64,000 nucleotides of DNA from Eledone cirrhosa (GCA_964016885.1 OZ024741.1:135904001-135968000); one strand, 5' to 3'; positions 27,895 to 42,587 are shown, numbered from the stretch's first letter. The notes: generated by a model not told the origin, from the sequence alone. Numbers and translations: made by a program.

Positions 27895-27902
<8 letters not shown>
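27509..27902. repeat. Perfect palindrome (195-bp arms, 4-nt spacer) carrying a minimal HHR in each arm
   Basis: Arms 27509-27703 and 27708-27902 read as exact reverse complements, with spacer ACTG. Confidence 0.95.
27742..27780 (+). ncRNA. Minimal type I hammerhead (mirror copy 27631-27669, minus)
   Basis: UGAAC CUGAAGA U-UGC-GAAA-GCA-U GAA A-GUAC-U U^ GUUCA. The palindromic AGUACU stem III is as in dimer-forming Penelope-type HHRs. Confidence 0.72.
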
Positions 27903-27958
<56 letters not shown>

Positions 27959-28678
27959 CGCACACACATCATCACACACACATTATATAAATATATATAT
28001 TTAAAAGTTAAACAAGATTCAATGAATAAATCAAAGAATGAGTTTTACAATAGATTGAAAGCACTCAACAGTTATGGTTTTCCAGAGTTATTAATATTAA
28101 TTAAAAATATTAACAAAATAGATATTCTTGTGATCAAGTATTATACATATTTCAGAGGTACTGAGTTAACTTCAACAGTACGTCCTCATCAGATAAAATA
28201 AGATGATGCATGACAAACCCTGACATAGTAGATGGTTAAGATTCAGTCATGGTAGTGAGTAATATATGACAAAACTCAAAATGTATATACCTTAATATTG
28301 AGAACATGAGAAAAATATATAATACATACAACAGAGAGAGTGTGAGTGAGACAGCTTAAAAAATACTTGGCATCAATATAACTGTTAAATAATTTAAATT
28401 ACTGAAGAAAGAGGAAAGAAAAGAAAAACTTAGAGGAAAAATGTTCACGTCTTTAGACAATTATCCATATATACAATATATATCTAAACTTATTTGGTTG
28501 ACCGTTAATATTAAAAATATTCAATTTAAGTTAGTTCAGAGTAATGAATAATATTTTAGGTTTTAAAAGTTAATATGTATCTGTATTAATATTAAAGTAT
28601 ACTATCAAATTTAATTTCTAAAATCAAATTTTATGAAATCAAATTTAAATGATTTACAAACACGAGAAAGAAAACATA

Positions 28679-28784
<106 letters not shown>

Positions 28785-29003
28785 GTTATGACAGAGACAC
28801 ATACGTGTACTTAAGTTTCATTGGGTTATACACCCTAACTGATTCAGACTTATATTATCCAAGGCTAGAGTGAATGATTTGGGGCTCTATAACCCAACGA
28901 CACTTAAGTACATGTATATGTCACTATCGTAATTAATTATACTTCGATTGAGCTCTCTTACACTTGGATTTTTATACCAAATTTGTACTACAGTATATAT
29001 ATA

Positions 29004-29074
<71 letters not shown>

Positions 29075-29429
29075 TCATTATCATCGTTTAATGTCCATCT
29101 TCCACGCTATGATGGGTGAGAAGGTTTTGTTCCATTTGATGCGGGATTGGTCAGGAGACCGTGTCTCGCTCGTACGGGAGTGTCCGTGTCAGTTTTTCTA
29201 CGGTTGGATGCCCGTCCTATTAACAACCACATTTACAGTGTGGACTGGGAGCCTTTTTGCCATGTCTCCTACACCTTACAGTATGGACTGGGTGCTTTTT
29301 GTTGTGTCATCGGCACAGTGGACGGAAATGGGAGGATGTGTATTGTGTGTGGGGTGTGGTGTATATTGGGTTAAGAAGTGCCACTGACTGTAGGTTTGTA
29401 TGTAAGGGAAGGCGCGTCTTCTGTACAAC

Positions 29430-29830
29430 TGCATGGCGCCGAAGATCTCGATCCAGTGACATTGTCTTAGAGAGGTAAGTGAGCAAGGTCAGTTTTTATC
29501 AGCTCGTTCCAGGTTTTTCTTGGTCTACCCACTTCGTAGCTTCCATCAATTTTCATTGCTCTGCACTTTTTTATACAGCTGTCATCCCTCATACGCATCA
29601 TATGGCCATTCCAACACAATCTCCTCTCCAGAACACAACATTTGATTCCTCTTAAGCTTAGTCTCTCTCAATTCGTTTATGCTTCGCCGTTCGCGCACAT
29701 TTACACATCCATCGGAGCATGCAAGCGCCATTTCTTTCTAATCTACGCAAGTCTTCAGCACACAACACCCAGGTCTCACTACCATGTAATATCACTGTTC
29801 CTATACATATACAAGCATCATTTCACTTTA
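29430..29830 (-). pseudogene. RTE-clade LINE C-terminal fragment
   Basis: VILHGSETWVL, ERRLCWNGHMMRM and VGRPRKTWNE motifs, with frameshifts. Probable 3' UTR or associated repeat at 29072-29330. Confidence 0.8.
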
Positions 29831-30325
29831 CATATATAATAGAAAATGTTTGCCTTTCAGAGAAGGTGCTACAAAATATTACATGAATGGGGAAAAGTTT
29901 GGAAAAACACGGCTGCGGAAAACATCTATATATATATATATATATATATATGGGGGGGGGGGGTATGTTCATAGGTAAGATATTATTGAAAATAGAACTC
30001 TAGAACTCCATAGGAAATATATAGTCGTTTCGATCTATTATATGAGAATTACGCATATGGTATCTCTATTTGTTGGGTGTGAACCTGAAACCAAGTGTTT
30101 GCGCAGCCAACTCCTTAACCATACATCCATGTCTGCCGCTCCATATCTATTTTCTTTGCGATATTTACGTTGCCTATCTTTCCTTTCATCTACTGCGCAT
30201 GTATTGTACGTACGGGTGCGAATATAATTACTTCGAAAACAGACACGATCAATGATGCCTACATAAGCCAAAAGAAAACAACAACACACACACACACACA
30301 AATATGTTGTAAACCTACAAACAAA

Positions 30326-30376
<51 letters not shown>

Positions 30377-30421
30377 CGTGTGTATATGTATGCATATATG
30401 TATGTGTGTATATGAATATAT

Positions 30422-30470
<49 letters not shown>

Positions 30471-30554
30471 TGTATGTGTGTATTATGAATGCTTTGGCCC
30501 TTTATAATCTTTTTTAAGAAGTTTTTACTCCTAATATATATATGTGTGCGTGTG

Positions 30555-30626
<72 letters not shown>

Positions 30627-30630
30627 ATAT

Positions 30631-30695
<65 letters not shown>

Positions 30696-30991
30696 CGTGT
30701 GTGTGTGTATTTACCAAGTTATCAATTGTTGTCTTAGAAGAAAATTCCTCAGATATAGCCTAGATAAGATCGTTTCATAACAAAATTAACAATCAAAGTG
30801 GTTTTGCCAACATTGCCCTCCTCATAAACGTCAGTACAGCGTTCATAATCTGTAGAAGGCGATATAATAATACCAAATAACTAAATGAGTCTCCCAATAA
30901 AAGAAATATTATCTGAGAATACGGTTTCAATTATCAATAATAACGTGTAATATAATTTACGCTGTTTTCATTGATTTACACCATAATCTGT

Positions 30992-31049
<58 letters not shown>

Positions 31050-31758
31050 TGTGTGTGTGAGTGTGAGAGTATATAATTGTTTGCGTATGCTTTAAAGAGT
31101 GAAAGAGTATCTTGTGCCAGTTGTATGTATAAACATTTGTCGGCATTTCTGCGTACGTGGACGTAAACATACAAACATACACATAAGAAACACACCACAC
31201 ACTCATTTATGTATCTATGTATGTACATATGTGTGCATTTGCATGTGTCTATGTGTATGTGTGAGGGGGGGAGATAGAACGTATGCCTTAGGGTAGGAAA
31301 TATAAATATCAGATATTGAGGTTAGCGCAAGCAAGGACAAAACGGAGTGTTAGAGAAATATTTAGAAATATATATTTCTGTTGTATAGAGTTATTTGGCT
31401 TATTTGTTTGCTCGCGTCTCATAGGTGGTAAGAGCACTATGGCCAGCTGGGTTTGAATTTTAATAATATGAACTTAGTTCCCCATTGAGTGAGTGAGGGA
31501 ACGGCCGAAGCTTAGTCCGTTCTAGTCGACTTGCTTTGCCTCCTAATATCCGCTATATCCGAACTCTAGTTCGGATCTTGCTGTCGAAACGGCAGGGGCT
31601 CAGCCGTCGGGATCCTGACTCTTTTCCTATTACCCACTCTACTACCCTTAGTATCGAGTACTCAGGTGTTATGGTCCACATGGTATCCTACCACACTTTC
31701 TTTGTTATATATATATATATGTTCGTTTACAAACGAATCGAACATTATTATTAGTGTT

Positions 31759-31872
31759 GTTCAAATCTCGCCGAGGTTGACTTTGCCTTTCATCCTTACG
31801 GGGTCGATAAAATAAAGTACCAGTAATGTACTGGGTAATTGCTGGCCTTGTGCCTAAAGTAGAAACAATTAT
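31759..31872 (+). mobile_element. SINE family A, 5'-truncated with TSD
   Basis: Starts at the B box. TSD ATTATTAGTGTT at 31747-31758 and 31868-31879. Confidence 0.85.
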
Positions 31873-31919
31873 TAGTGTTCTATATAACCCATATGTACAT
31901 ATGTATATGTATGTACGTG

Positions 31920-31951
<32 letters not shown>

Positions 31952-32228
31952 ATTCAATATAAAAGAGAGATAAACACAGATATATATATATATATATGTG
32001 TTCAAATCGTAAGGGACCAGATTCGCTAAAAATACTAACTATGAACAATAGGGTTTGCCAGACTCAATTTAAATTGAGTCTGGCAAATAAATTTGTACAC
32101 ATATATGTATATATCTGTGCTTACCTCTCTTTTATATTGAATTATATAACACGGCCCGGAAAAATTTCTTTCCTTGTGCTATTTAATTGTAAGAGACTAT
32201 TTTGAGTTTCTAACTCAATATATACCTT

Positions 32229-32283
<55 letters not shown>

Positions 32284-32290
<7 letters not shown>

Positions 32291-32595
32291 TAAAATAACA
32301 GATTAAAGTTTAAGCAAAGAATCGCTGCTTTCACCCTTAACGGGATCTTCTGAAACTAACAAAGTCAATCTGTAAACGCAGAAGTGGATATTTCAAAAAA
32401 TGTTGCAACCGGAGGAAGACAGATTGACTTTGTTAGTTTCAGAAGATCCCGTTAAGGGTGAAAGCAGCGATTCTTTGCTTAAACTTTAATCTGTTATTTT
32501 AATAAATATTTGCTCTACGGTTCAAATATATTTGATATATATTTATCCTTATCGAGCCCTCTTTGGATTTTAGTCTTCAAATTTATTATTATTAC

Positions 32596-32600
<5 letters not shown>
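32284..32600. repeat. Fold-back repeat, CAGAAGA-core HHR family (HHRs 32307-32357 minus, 32435-32485 plus)
   Basis: AGUUU CAGAAGA U-CCC-GUUAA-GGG-U GAA AGCAG-CGAUUCU-UUGCU U^ AAACU. The element ends in AAATTTATTATTATTAC followed by (TA)n. Confidence 0.8.
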
Positions 32601-32630
<30 letters not shown>

Positions 32631-32721
32631 ATACATATATGTAAAACGTAAACAGAAACAACACAATCTGTACTATATGGAAGGAATATATCAGGGTAAC
32701 GCTTGAAATAGTAGGAATAGG

Positions 32722-32759
32722 TTCTTGACATTTCGGACGCTAGTGCTTCATCAGAAGAA
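32722..32759 (-). ncRNA. Minimal type I hammerhead motif (paralog 43831-43868)
   Basis: UUCUU CUGAUGA AGCAC-UAGC-GUCC GAAA UG UC^ AAGAA. The paralog reads UUCUU CUGGUGA AGGAC-UAUC-GUCC GAAA UG UC AAGAA. Host repeats are ~32645-32820 and ~43750-43925. Confidence 0.6.
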
Positions 32760-33309
32760 AGAATGAGAAATAAGATATTTGAAGGGACAGGGTGGAAGTG
32801 GAAAACAATGTCCTTAGATAAAAATAATAGATCCATCATGTGACCGCCTCATATTTTTTATTAGAATCTTTATGATCTTATGTTTTCTCATATATTCGTT
32901 GAACTCGCCTCGGTATATTTGTAAATTTCTTTCTATTCGACGAACATATTACAAAATAAAAACAATTTCTAATCCAGCTCATCTATCCGTCACTATTCTT
33001 ATGGTGTTTCAATAGTTGCAAAGGTCGAACATTCATTTTCCTTCCTGTTTAACCGTTGCCTCATTTATTCACCTAACCAGATTTTAAGTAAAATTTCTCG
33101 GTGATGTTTATTCCCACCAGATATCTATATTTTATGATTTTACGTTGTTTACAGAAATTTCTATTTTCTAACAAATATAAAGATATTAGACAGGCTTATA
33201 ATTTCTTGTTTGCACCGTTTCATCTTAGCATACACCTAACATCTATTTTATTCCTGGCAGCACCAGTCCCCCTCCCCCCCCAAAAAAAACATCTTACAGT
33301 AAATGGAAT

Positions 33310-33425
<116 letters not shown>

Positions 33426-33689
33426 TATACATGTATGTACATATATACATCCATACGTTGTTGACGGGTGATATAAAAGAGCACACAATACCCAAGTAGA
33501 GTACAAATATTCATTTCATTAAGGCAAAATAATGAGTCTTGTTATTGTGAAGTTTCGCCAGGTGAAATCACTCTCTATGTATATGGCGTAGTGTTTAGGG
33601 AGTTGAGTTCACAAACACGAGGTTATGAATCCGATTCTTGGGCGGCGTTGTCTTCCCGGTGGCCTGGAGAGGGAAGACTGTAATATCAG

Positions 33690-33995
33690 CCATAGTTGAA
33701 ATTAGCCTGAATTTGACTACCAGCTCTGATGGGTTCTCAGTAATTCCCCTAAACACTTGCAAAGACGCCTTAGCAAGCCATTGCAAATTTTCTTTCAAAG
33801 TTTCCTTGCAAGTGGTAAACTACCAGGAAATATAAATTCCTATACTTAAAGGAGGAAGCAGAACAAATACTAAAAATTACAGACCTGTCACTCTTACCTC
33901 ACATATCAGAACAGTCATTGAACCAATTATCAGAGGGAAATTAAGCACGTTCCTGGAGGAAAATGGATTACTAACTGAGTCAAACCACAACATTC
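33690..33995 (+). pseudogene. Non-LTR retrotransposon (CR1/Jockey-like) RT N-terminal fragment
   Basis: SDGFSVIPLNTCKDALA/KPLQIFFQSFLASGKLP/IPILKGGSRTNTKNYRPVTLTSHIRTVIEPIIRGKLSTFLEENGLLTES, with 2 frameshifts. Confidence 0.8.
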
Positions 33996-34211
33996 ACTTG
34001 TTAAGAAGCGGATTTGTATGGCTTTTACTGTAATATGACTGACTGTTGAAACAGCTTCTGAACCGCTGAGACGTGTATATATATCAAATCTTTGCCTTCG
34101 ATAGATGCGCTGTTCGATTCCTCGTAGGTACCTCCGTCGTTATTTCCCGTCTCCAAAAGGGTTTTACCAAAATTCCCCATCCACGTATTATATATATATA
34201 TGTACACGCTT

Positions 34212-34508
34212 TTGTTCGTACATCTCATTTTATTCGTTATACGTATTTCGAATATGTAAGGTAGTTATATAATAACCCCTTCATACGTTCTCTTCAGGCA
34301 AACATTCAAATGAGATACGGTTTTTCCATCGATATGCTACGAGTCAGACGTATTATTCACCTCGCCCACCAGTTTGCAAGTAGCATATCAATGGAAATTC
34401 ACATCTCGTTTAAATGTTTGTATGAAGAGAACGTATAAAGGAGTTATTATATAACAACCTTACATCTTTAAAATACGTATAACGAATAAAATAAAGATGT
34501 ACGAATAA
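34212..34508. repeat. Diverged inverted repeat with long-stem-II HHR (34232-34303 minus; degenerate mirror 34416-34487)
   Basis: GUUUGC CUGAAGA GAACGUAUGAAGGGGUUAU-UAU-AUAACUACCUUACAUAUUC GAA AUACGUAU A^ ACGAAU, with a palindromic stem III. Confidence 0.7.
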
Positions 34509-36638
34509 ATCCGTCTCTCTTATTCATTATAATAAAACTCCGGATGAAACAAAATCGTGAAATTCTTCACGTCTGTTAAAGAATAAGTTGACAGATTTTT
34601 AATCAACCACATATGTGAGAGAAAGAGAGAGAATGAGATGGGCCATTAAGAGCTGAATATTTCAAATTAACTGTGATATTGAAATCGTAGTCGAGGGTAT
34701 TTGAATATTTTATAGTAAAACTGGTCAGTAAATACATACTATTTTGTACACATAACATAATTATTTCCCCTTGAAGGGATGACAAGTAACAACTGAAATA
34801 ACATTGACGAATCTTCATAACATTACACCATCGTTTAAAAAATATCTTACTTTTTACTTCTACAGCTTTATAGCTGTCATTTTGGTTGTGTCTTACGGCG
34901 TTAAATGTAAAGGAAAATAAAATTACAAGCAATTTGATATTAAATATATAATTATACAAATAACAGCTCCAGGAAATGAAAACTGATAAATTCAAGGTAT
35001 TCTATAATTCAGATCATATAATTAATGTAAGTTTGCTCTCCTTCAAACCTGGAATATCAATCAGAAATTTGTTTAAATCAGCTAATTGTTTGTTGCTTGC
35101 TTCATGTTTATGTTAAATACAATAAATCTATTGTCATACCCGAAAGTTTTATAAGAAATTCAAATTATCTATAAACATCTTCAAGGTAGAATTGTAATCT
35201 AAACAGAATTAATAAGGGAAAACTGCTGATTTTCTGTGTTATACATTTTACATTTTCTATAGTATTAGCAACCTAAAAAATGTTTACATCCTTAATATTC
35301 ACAGCGAGACTATATCAATTAGTATCGTACATAAACATAATGTATAGGGGTCTATATACACCTTTATACGAAACCACGCTGTGTTAGATCTACTGCTTAT
35401 TAATACTAACCCATCAAGCTTGCACTATATGAAAAAAATCTATAGCGATCTAAAAAATAATTAACAAATCTATAGAAGAATATATTACCTTCTTTACCTT
35501 AGTATCCCGTAGAAAGAATGTCCTTACTGAAGATGGTTAAAATTCTTGAAATATGTATATAGCACTCTTACACTGCTACTGAAGATGCTGTGATACGATC
35601 ACGCCTTAAATTACTGACAGCGAGACTGTGTATGTATATTGTACATAAATATATTGTGAATATGTCCATACATATCTTAAATGTAATATTTTCTGCTAGC
35701 TCTCTTAGTGTTATACATTGCTAAATGGCATTAAAGTATGTGTCAAATTTGAATTATATCCTAAAACAGTAAAACAAATTTATATTGTAAAATATGTTGC
35801 AGAATTATAGCTTCGATGAGATAGTGTGTATTTTGAATTGCTCAAACTATATTACATCGGAAGAAAATCTACTAAATACATTTAGAAGTGGTTTTTAGTT
35901 TTCGATTTATTATTCTGGATTGTATTTCATTGATGAGGCTGTCACGTCCTTTTGAAATGAAAAGATACGCATTCACTATATTATTGCTTATCAATATCAC
36001 AAGTACAACGACAAAGATCGTTATCTGTCAAATATATCTGTTGAGTTTATCACAATTCAGCAGATTATATTACAATTGATATTAACGAAGATTTATAACG
36101 TTTTGGAAGAGAGAAAATGATTTCTACCACGTCGAGAGGTGTGTGTCACGACCTAATATACTTTAGATAAAATAGACACTGATTAAAATTTCAACAATGA
36201 CTGGATTTTGTCACTGGCTCCAGATATATATAATTTAATGGGAATACATCTTATAGGTAAATTAAGATTCCAGAGTCTTGGCATAATAACAAAATATATA
36301 TGTCCACTATACTTTAATAACAGATCAAGTTTGTCATCTGAAGATAGTTCGGCATAAGCTGAGCATAAAACTTTGAGTTACGATATAACATTATTATATT
36401 ATCAATAATTGCCAGTATATGACGTTCTAACGATTTGGCCACTTTGCTGCCATACAAGAAAATGTCACATCGAATATTACCAATTGATTCTTGGTTGAAT
36501 TTAAAGAGCGTAGGAATAATATAAACTGTGCTTTCCAGTGCAATGGAATAACATCATTGTGAAGAAATAGCACGCTAATATTAAATATTACACACAGTTG
36601 TAGCAACATTATCCAGTTATTAAACCACTATAACGAGC

Positions 36639-36711
<73 letters not shown>

Positions 36712-36784
36712 TATATGGTTATATTTGAGGAGGGTCATATTATTGTAATAATATTGCCAGAAATTCATCCCCGTCATATATATG

Positions 36785-36876
<92 letters not shown>

Positions 36877-37184
36877 TATTACCAATTGGTTTTGCACCAT
36901 GTATACTGAATTATCATACAAAAAAACAAAGAAGACATTTAAAATATAATTCAAAATATTGTATTGCAAGAATCTACATAAAAGAAGTCACGTACTTCTT
37001 TAATGGGAGCTAATAAAAGAAATCATTTTGTGATATTCATCTGAAGTAATGTATCAACTACTAAATAGCTTACTATCATTTTGTTCGGTGTAATCGTTGA
37101 CAGCAAATTACATTAATATAAGTATCAATCTCACACTTTAAGAGCAAACTTTTATCATATAAGTCTTGAAAGGTACATATGTAC

Positions 37185-37216
<32 letters not shown>

Positions 37217-37320
37217 TTTACTGGTTTCCCAGTTATATATATACAAATATATATACAAAAAACTAATGTGAGTGAAGGAGCCAACATTACTTCACGTGAA
37301 CTATATATATATATATATAT

Positions 37321-38066
37321 AGTAATAATAATAAATTTGAAGACTAAAATCCAAAGAGGGCTCGATAAGGTTAAATATATATCAAATATATAAGAACCGT
37401 AGAGCAAATATTTATTAAAATAACAGATTAAAGTTTAAGCAAAGAATCGCTGATTTCACCCTTAACGGGATCTTCTGAAACTAATAAAGTCAATCTGTGA
37501 ACGCAGAAGTAAATATTAAAAAAACGTTGCAACCGGAGGAAGACAGGAAGACGGTACTTTGCAGGTACAGGCGTTGCGTGGGTTCTGGATGTGCGTGCAG
37601 GTTTTTTTTTTTTTTTGTGTATGTGCGTGTATTTGTATACCTATAACGAGTGTGTTCGCGTATGCTTGTGTATGTACGTATATGGATGCGTGTATGTATT
37701 TATTTATTTCAATTACCTCTGTATTTTATTTACTTTATTCTTAACTCTGAAGCCGAGAATCATTCGGTTTCCTAGTTAGAATTTTAGTCTACGACTTCTT
37801 TTGTACCATAAACGTGGTTTTGTCTTTGCGTGTAATTGTTTTTCACCGCTCCAAATAATGACGTATAATCCTCGTTTTTTCCCTGTTCTTTGCCAGGGAA
37901 CGTTTCCACGAACCAAAGTATCGTCTTTCTGTCTTCCTCCGGTTGCAAAGTTTTTTGAAATATTTACTTCTGCGTTCACAGATTGACTTTGTTAGTTTCA
38001 GAAGATCCCGTTAAGGGTGAAAGCAGCGATTATTTGCTTAAACTTTAATCTGTTATTTTAATAAAT
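37321..38066. repeat. Second fold-back of the CAGAAGA HHR family with ~350-bp spacer
   Basis: Arms ~37408-37561 and ~37915-38066. HHR motifs at 37432-37482 (-) and 37994-38044 (+). Confidence 0.85.
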
Positions 38067-38210
38067 AAATATATATATATATATATATATATATTAACTA
38101 TAACATGAAGTTAATTGTATATATATATATTATATACACCCTTAAATAACATACAAAATGAAGGTAGCTTTATATATATATAGCATATGAGTGTATAAAA
38201 ATACATAAAA

Positions 38211-38340
38211 ATAATTGTTTCTACTACTGGCACAAGCCATCGATTACCCCAGTACATTACTGGTACTTTATTTTATCGACCCCGTAAGGATGAAAGGCAA
38301 AGTCAAGCTCGGCGGGATTTGAACTAACACCATAAAGGGG
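38211..38340 (-). mobile_element. SINE family A, 5'-truncated
   Basis: Tail, core and B box (GGGATTTGAACT) are present. Confidence 0.82.
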
Positions 38341-38873
38341 CATGTGGTGAATTTTAGATTTTATGTCATGGTGTGTTGTATTTACTACACATGTACCCAG
38401 TAAAATTATGATGATCGAAGCTCACTTAAAGTGTACGAATTCAACACAAAACGCTTTTTCATTTATGCTGAGCTATGTAAGCACAAGAAAAACCTTCGGA
38501 GTTTAGAATGTTCAATAACGGACCCTTAAACTGTATTAGATAATCTGGTTCTATATACTTCAAGTCACACGGTATGAGTATAACTGGGAGCATATTTGTT
38601 CGTGGGTTTGCTCGCTCAGGTCGGGCTGATGTCATAAAAGAATAACAACAATAGCATTAGAGGAGGATGAAGTAAGTTGTAATGCCAGGAGTTGCGACCG
38701 TTAGATAATATCAGCATCGGAAAGACTAATGGATATATAGTCTCCTCAGTCTAATTTGACGAGTTCCACATCATTCGGTAATCTTGTCGATCGGACTGTA
38801 TGTAATCTGATTGAGGTTCCATTCTCATTTGCAGTTTACAATTACAATCTTCCGTGAAAGTTGCCTACATAGA

Positions 38874-39057
38874 ATAATTGTTTCTACATTTGGCACAAGG
38901 CCAGCAATTATCCCAGTCTATTAATGATACTTTATTTCATCGACCACGTAAGGATGAAAGGCAAAGTTAACCTCAGCGGTATTTGAACTAAGACCATAAA
39001 GGGCCATAATTCTTTGCATGGCGTCAGACCCTCCACCGATGCTGCCAATCCACCACC
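38874..39057 (-). mobile_element. SINE family A with TSD
   Basis: TSD ACATAGAATAAT at 38867-38878 and 39059-39070. Confidence 0.87.
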
Positions 39058-39361
39058 CACATAGAATAATATGAACATCCCAGATAACAGTCTGTAATAA
39101 TTGGAATTATGTTCAGTAAAATCGATAAAAGAAAAGGTGTATGGTTATAAATGTTCAGGGCAACGCAAATTAAATTAAAAAGAATACAAAAGTGAAAACG
39201 AGAGGAAAGTAAGAAATGCAATACGTCAATTTACATTTTTTCTTTTCATTTCATGATTTTCCGATTTATGATCTTTTTTTTTCAAAAGAACGAAATATGG
39301 AGTGTGGTGTTGGCGATATATCGAATATTATTTTGTTTTTCGAAGTGAATAGCCGACTTGC

Positions 39362-39403
<42 letters not shown>

Positions 39404-39610
39404 CCCACATACACTGACACAGATATATGTATATGTACATATATTCATATTATATATATGCATATATATATATATACATGTATATATCTACATACATATG
39501 TGAATACATGTATATATTCATATAAACATATACATATATCAACATACATATATAAACATATATATATACACACACAAACATATGCCCCCCCCCCCCCCAC
39601 ACACACACAA

Positions 39611-39652
<42 letters not shown>

Positions 39653-42145
39653 ATATGTGTGTGTATGTGTGTGTGTGTATCTAAAGAAATGAGGATAGAA
39701 ACAGAATGGAAAAAGAGTATCTATGAATGTATGTATGTATCATGTATATGTGCGTGTGTATGTATAAATGTATGTACACAATTATTTTTATGCGTATGTA
39801 CGTGTGTACCAATCTGCATGAAACGTATAGCATATTTTCGCGCAGCGAAATCTCAGTATTAGTTTGGTTTCAATGTGGTTTTACTGCTTCGAACGGAGGG
39901 AATATGAGTAAGGCTTAGTTGTCGATATATTCGTAGTAAATCCTTTAAGACAACTGCATGTTCCTCAATCAACAAGATGATATATCACCGAGTGGTTAAT
40001 TCTGTCGTACTTAATCCCAATTTGATAAAGTGAAACAGAAAATACAATGATTTGAAGAAGAACACGTTCTTGAAAAGTTGGTAATCTGATACACGCATCA
40101 TGCACTCAGTTATTTTGATTATATATATATAATGCATATATATATAATACATATATACATATATACATACATATATGTGTGTGTGTGTGTGTACACATCC
40201 ATATGCACATGGATATACATATATGCATGCATATATATATATATATGTAAACGTAGCTCCATATTTTTATATATATATATAATAGGTTACGCATATTTTG
40301 GTCAAGCATAATTTTTACAATTGAAAATAAAAGAGGTAAATGAAATGCCCAAATGTGGCAATAGCATGCAATTGGCACATTACCTTAAACTGACAAGTAA
40401 TTAAAGCCGTGTGTCATGAATTCTATGGTAATTTATTGTTAATTTCTGCCAATGTTCTGTTTCCCCATGAAATTTAGAAAGAAATTGTAATAAATCAAGG
40501 ATTTATAGTGTCCATAGTTCCCTGAATTACTGTTTAAGCTAACGATCCAAATTTATGCAATTAGCACATTTAAGATATTCTTAGATTATTTAAAAATGTT
40601 AAATATGCAGACTAGTTTGTCAAAAAAAATATCCGTAACTCGTATTATATATATTTCTATAAATAGTAAATAAATGTATTAATGTAAGTGGTGGGCAGAA
40701 AAACGTAACAGCAGGAATCAGCGAATGAAAGGTTGTCATACGCCGGAATCCATCTCTCTGACTCAACAACGTACAGAACCCCAGACGTATCCACCTCATA
40801 GTCCCAGCTGCAAGAGGCATATAAGGGAGGATAGCGAGGAGAAGAGCAATTCCCAACTTGCGGGATTTATTTGTGTGGGTGGTCAACTCCTTCACGATGG
40901 CAATGAGGAGTAAAGAATTATTTCATGGGCTCAGGACGTCTGATGTGTCCACAATATTAGGTTCAATGAGAAAATTAACGGAAAGAAGCCGGTATAAAAA
41001 AAATCTTGTTCTATTTCAAAATTCACCAGGTTTTTGTTAGAGAAAAAGTCACTGCAGATCGCCATACAGATAAGAGGCTTACCATCGCGGAACGGGAAGG
41101 TTGTGATACTGTCTAGATTTTTCTATATATAAGAAATAAATTTCCTGACCTTTAGATGCGGGTAAACTGCCCGTTGCTGACGAGATCAAGTGGACAGAAA
41201 TACATTTGTATTGTAGAATGTCTAACCGTTTTAGACAGCTTGGTGTCAAAAGGTTTTGGAATTATCAAATTTCACGTGATGAACGATACATTTTTATCAG
41301 CCAAGTTTCAGTAATTAGTAAGCCAATAAGGACTCAATAATGTAGCACATGTTTGTAGATATTCGACACGCAGTATCAGGAAGGTAAATACAAATGGAAA
41401 CATAATTTCTACGGTACAATCTGATTGCCTCCTTTTCTCGAAGACTTCTCATTCATTTATGCTAACGACTCGGACATTTAAAGCAATATAAGTATTAAAT
41501 ATATATATATATTCTTATATTCTTATATTTGCCGTCAATAGACTGCGACAATGCTGGGGCTCCATCTTGATTTAGTTGATCATATCGAAACCAGTGCTTA
41601 TTCATTCGAGTCTGTTACATAAATTAACTATCTCTTTTTTTTTTTTTGAAACTCTACGTTAAACAAAACACAGACACAACATATACATAAATATACACAA
41701 ACATATACATAAATATATACATATACATTTTCTCTGTGTGTTATCTGCCTACCAAATTTCCCTGAAAAGGCAATGGAAGGATATTGTGGAAGACACTTGA
41801 CCAAGGTGCCGCATAGTGGAACAGAACCCAAAGCCTAGAACGAAATAGTATGCCCCCCCCTTCTCCACTTGAAATATAATAAGTCTGTACTCAAATAAAT
41901 GATAAAGAATTGCTTGCCGTGTGTTCAATATGATATTGGCATCGACATTGCAATAGTGATTTTCTGTCATCGAATAAATGATTATCGGGAATGAATTAAA
42001 GGGATATAATTATTGTCATAAGGTTTCCTCAGATATATATTTAAAAAAAAAAAATAATTTCGATAAAATCAAAGCAAATATATTATTTGACTTTTAAACA
42101 ATAAAGCAAAAATAGTGTCAATATACGGCGAAAGGTATGTGTGTG

Positions 42146-42179
<34 letters not shown>

Positions 42180-42194
42180 TGTATGTATATCTAC

Positions 42195-42246
<52 letters not shown>

Positions 42247-42510
42247 AAAAAATAGAGGTGTAACACCCGAGTTGTGATATATTACTAAAAGGAAAAGAAA
42301 ATGCTGACAAATTTTTCCCAGTGAAAAATAGAGCAAACATCACGAGCGCTCTATCTCAAAATTATTTTTGAAAATCATTAGAAATGCGCAACCGGTAAAA
42401 ACTTAAAACTAAAACTGAATACTAACCAATACTTATTGCTAATTTATACTTATTCCTAATTAAACTATTTTTCACTGGGAAAAATTTGTCAGCATTTTCT
42501 TTTCCTTTTA

Positions 42511-42587
<77 letters not shown>

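Noticed and set aside
32054-32087. 34-bp perfect palindrome (similar one at 5405-5442) as a terminator or operator
   Set aside because: Eukaryotic repeat context. More simply explained as small fold-back junctions.
40620-41040. Short ORFs with PPHSPS, reminiscent of mariner HPPYSPDL
   Set aside because: No other DDD-domain motifs or TIRs found.
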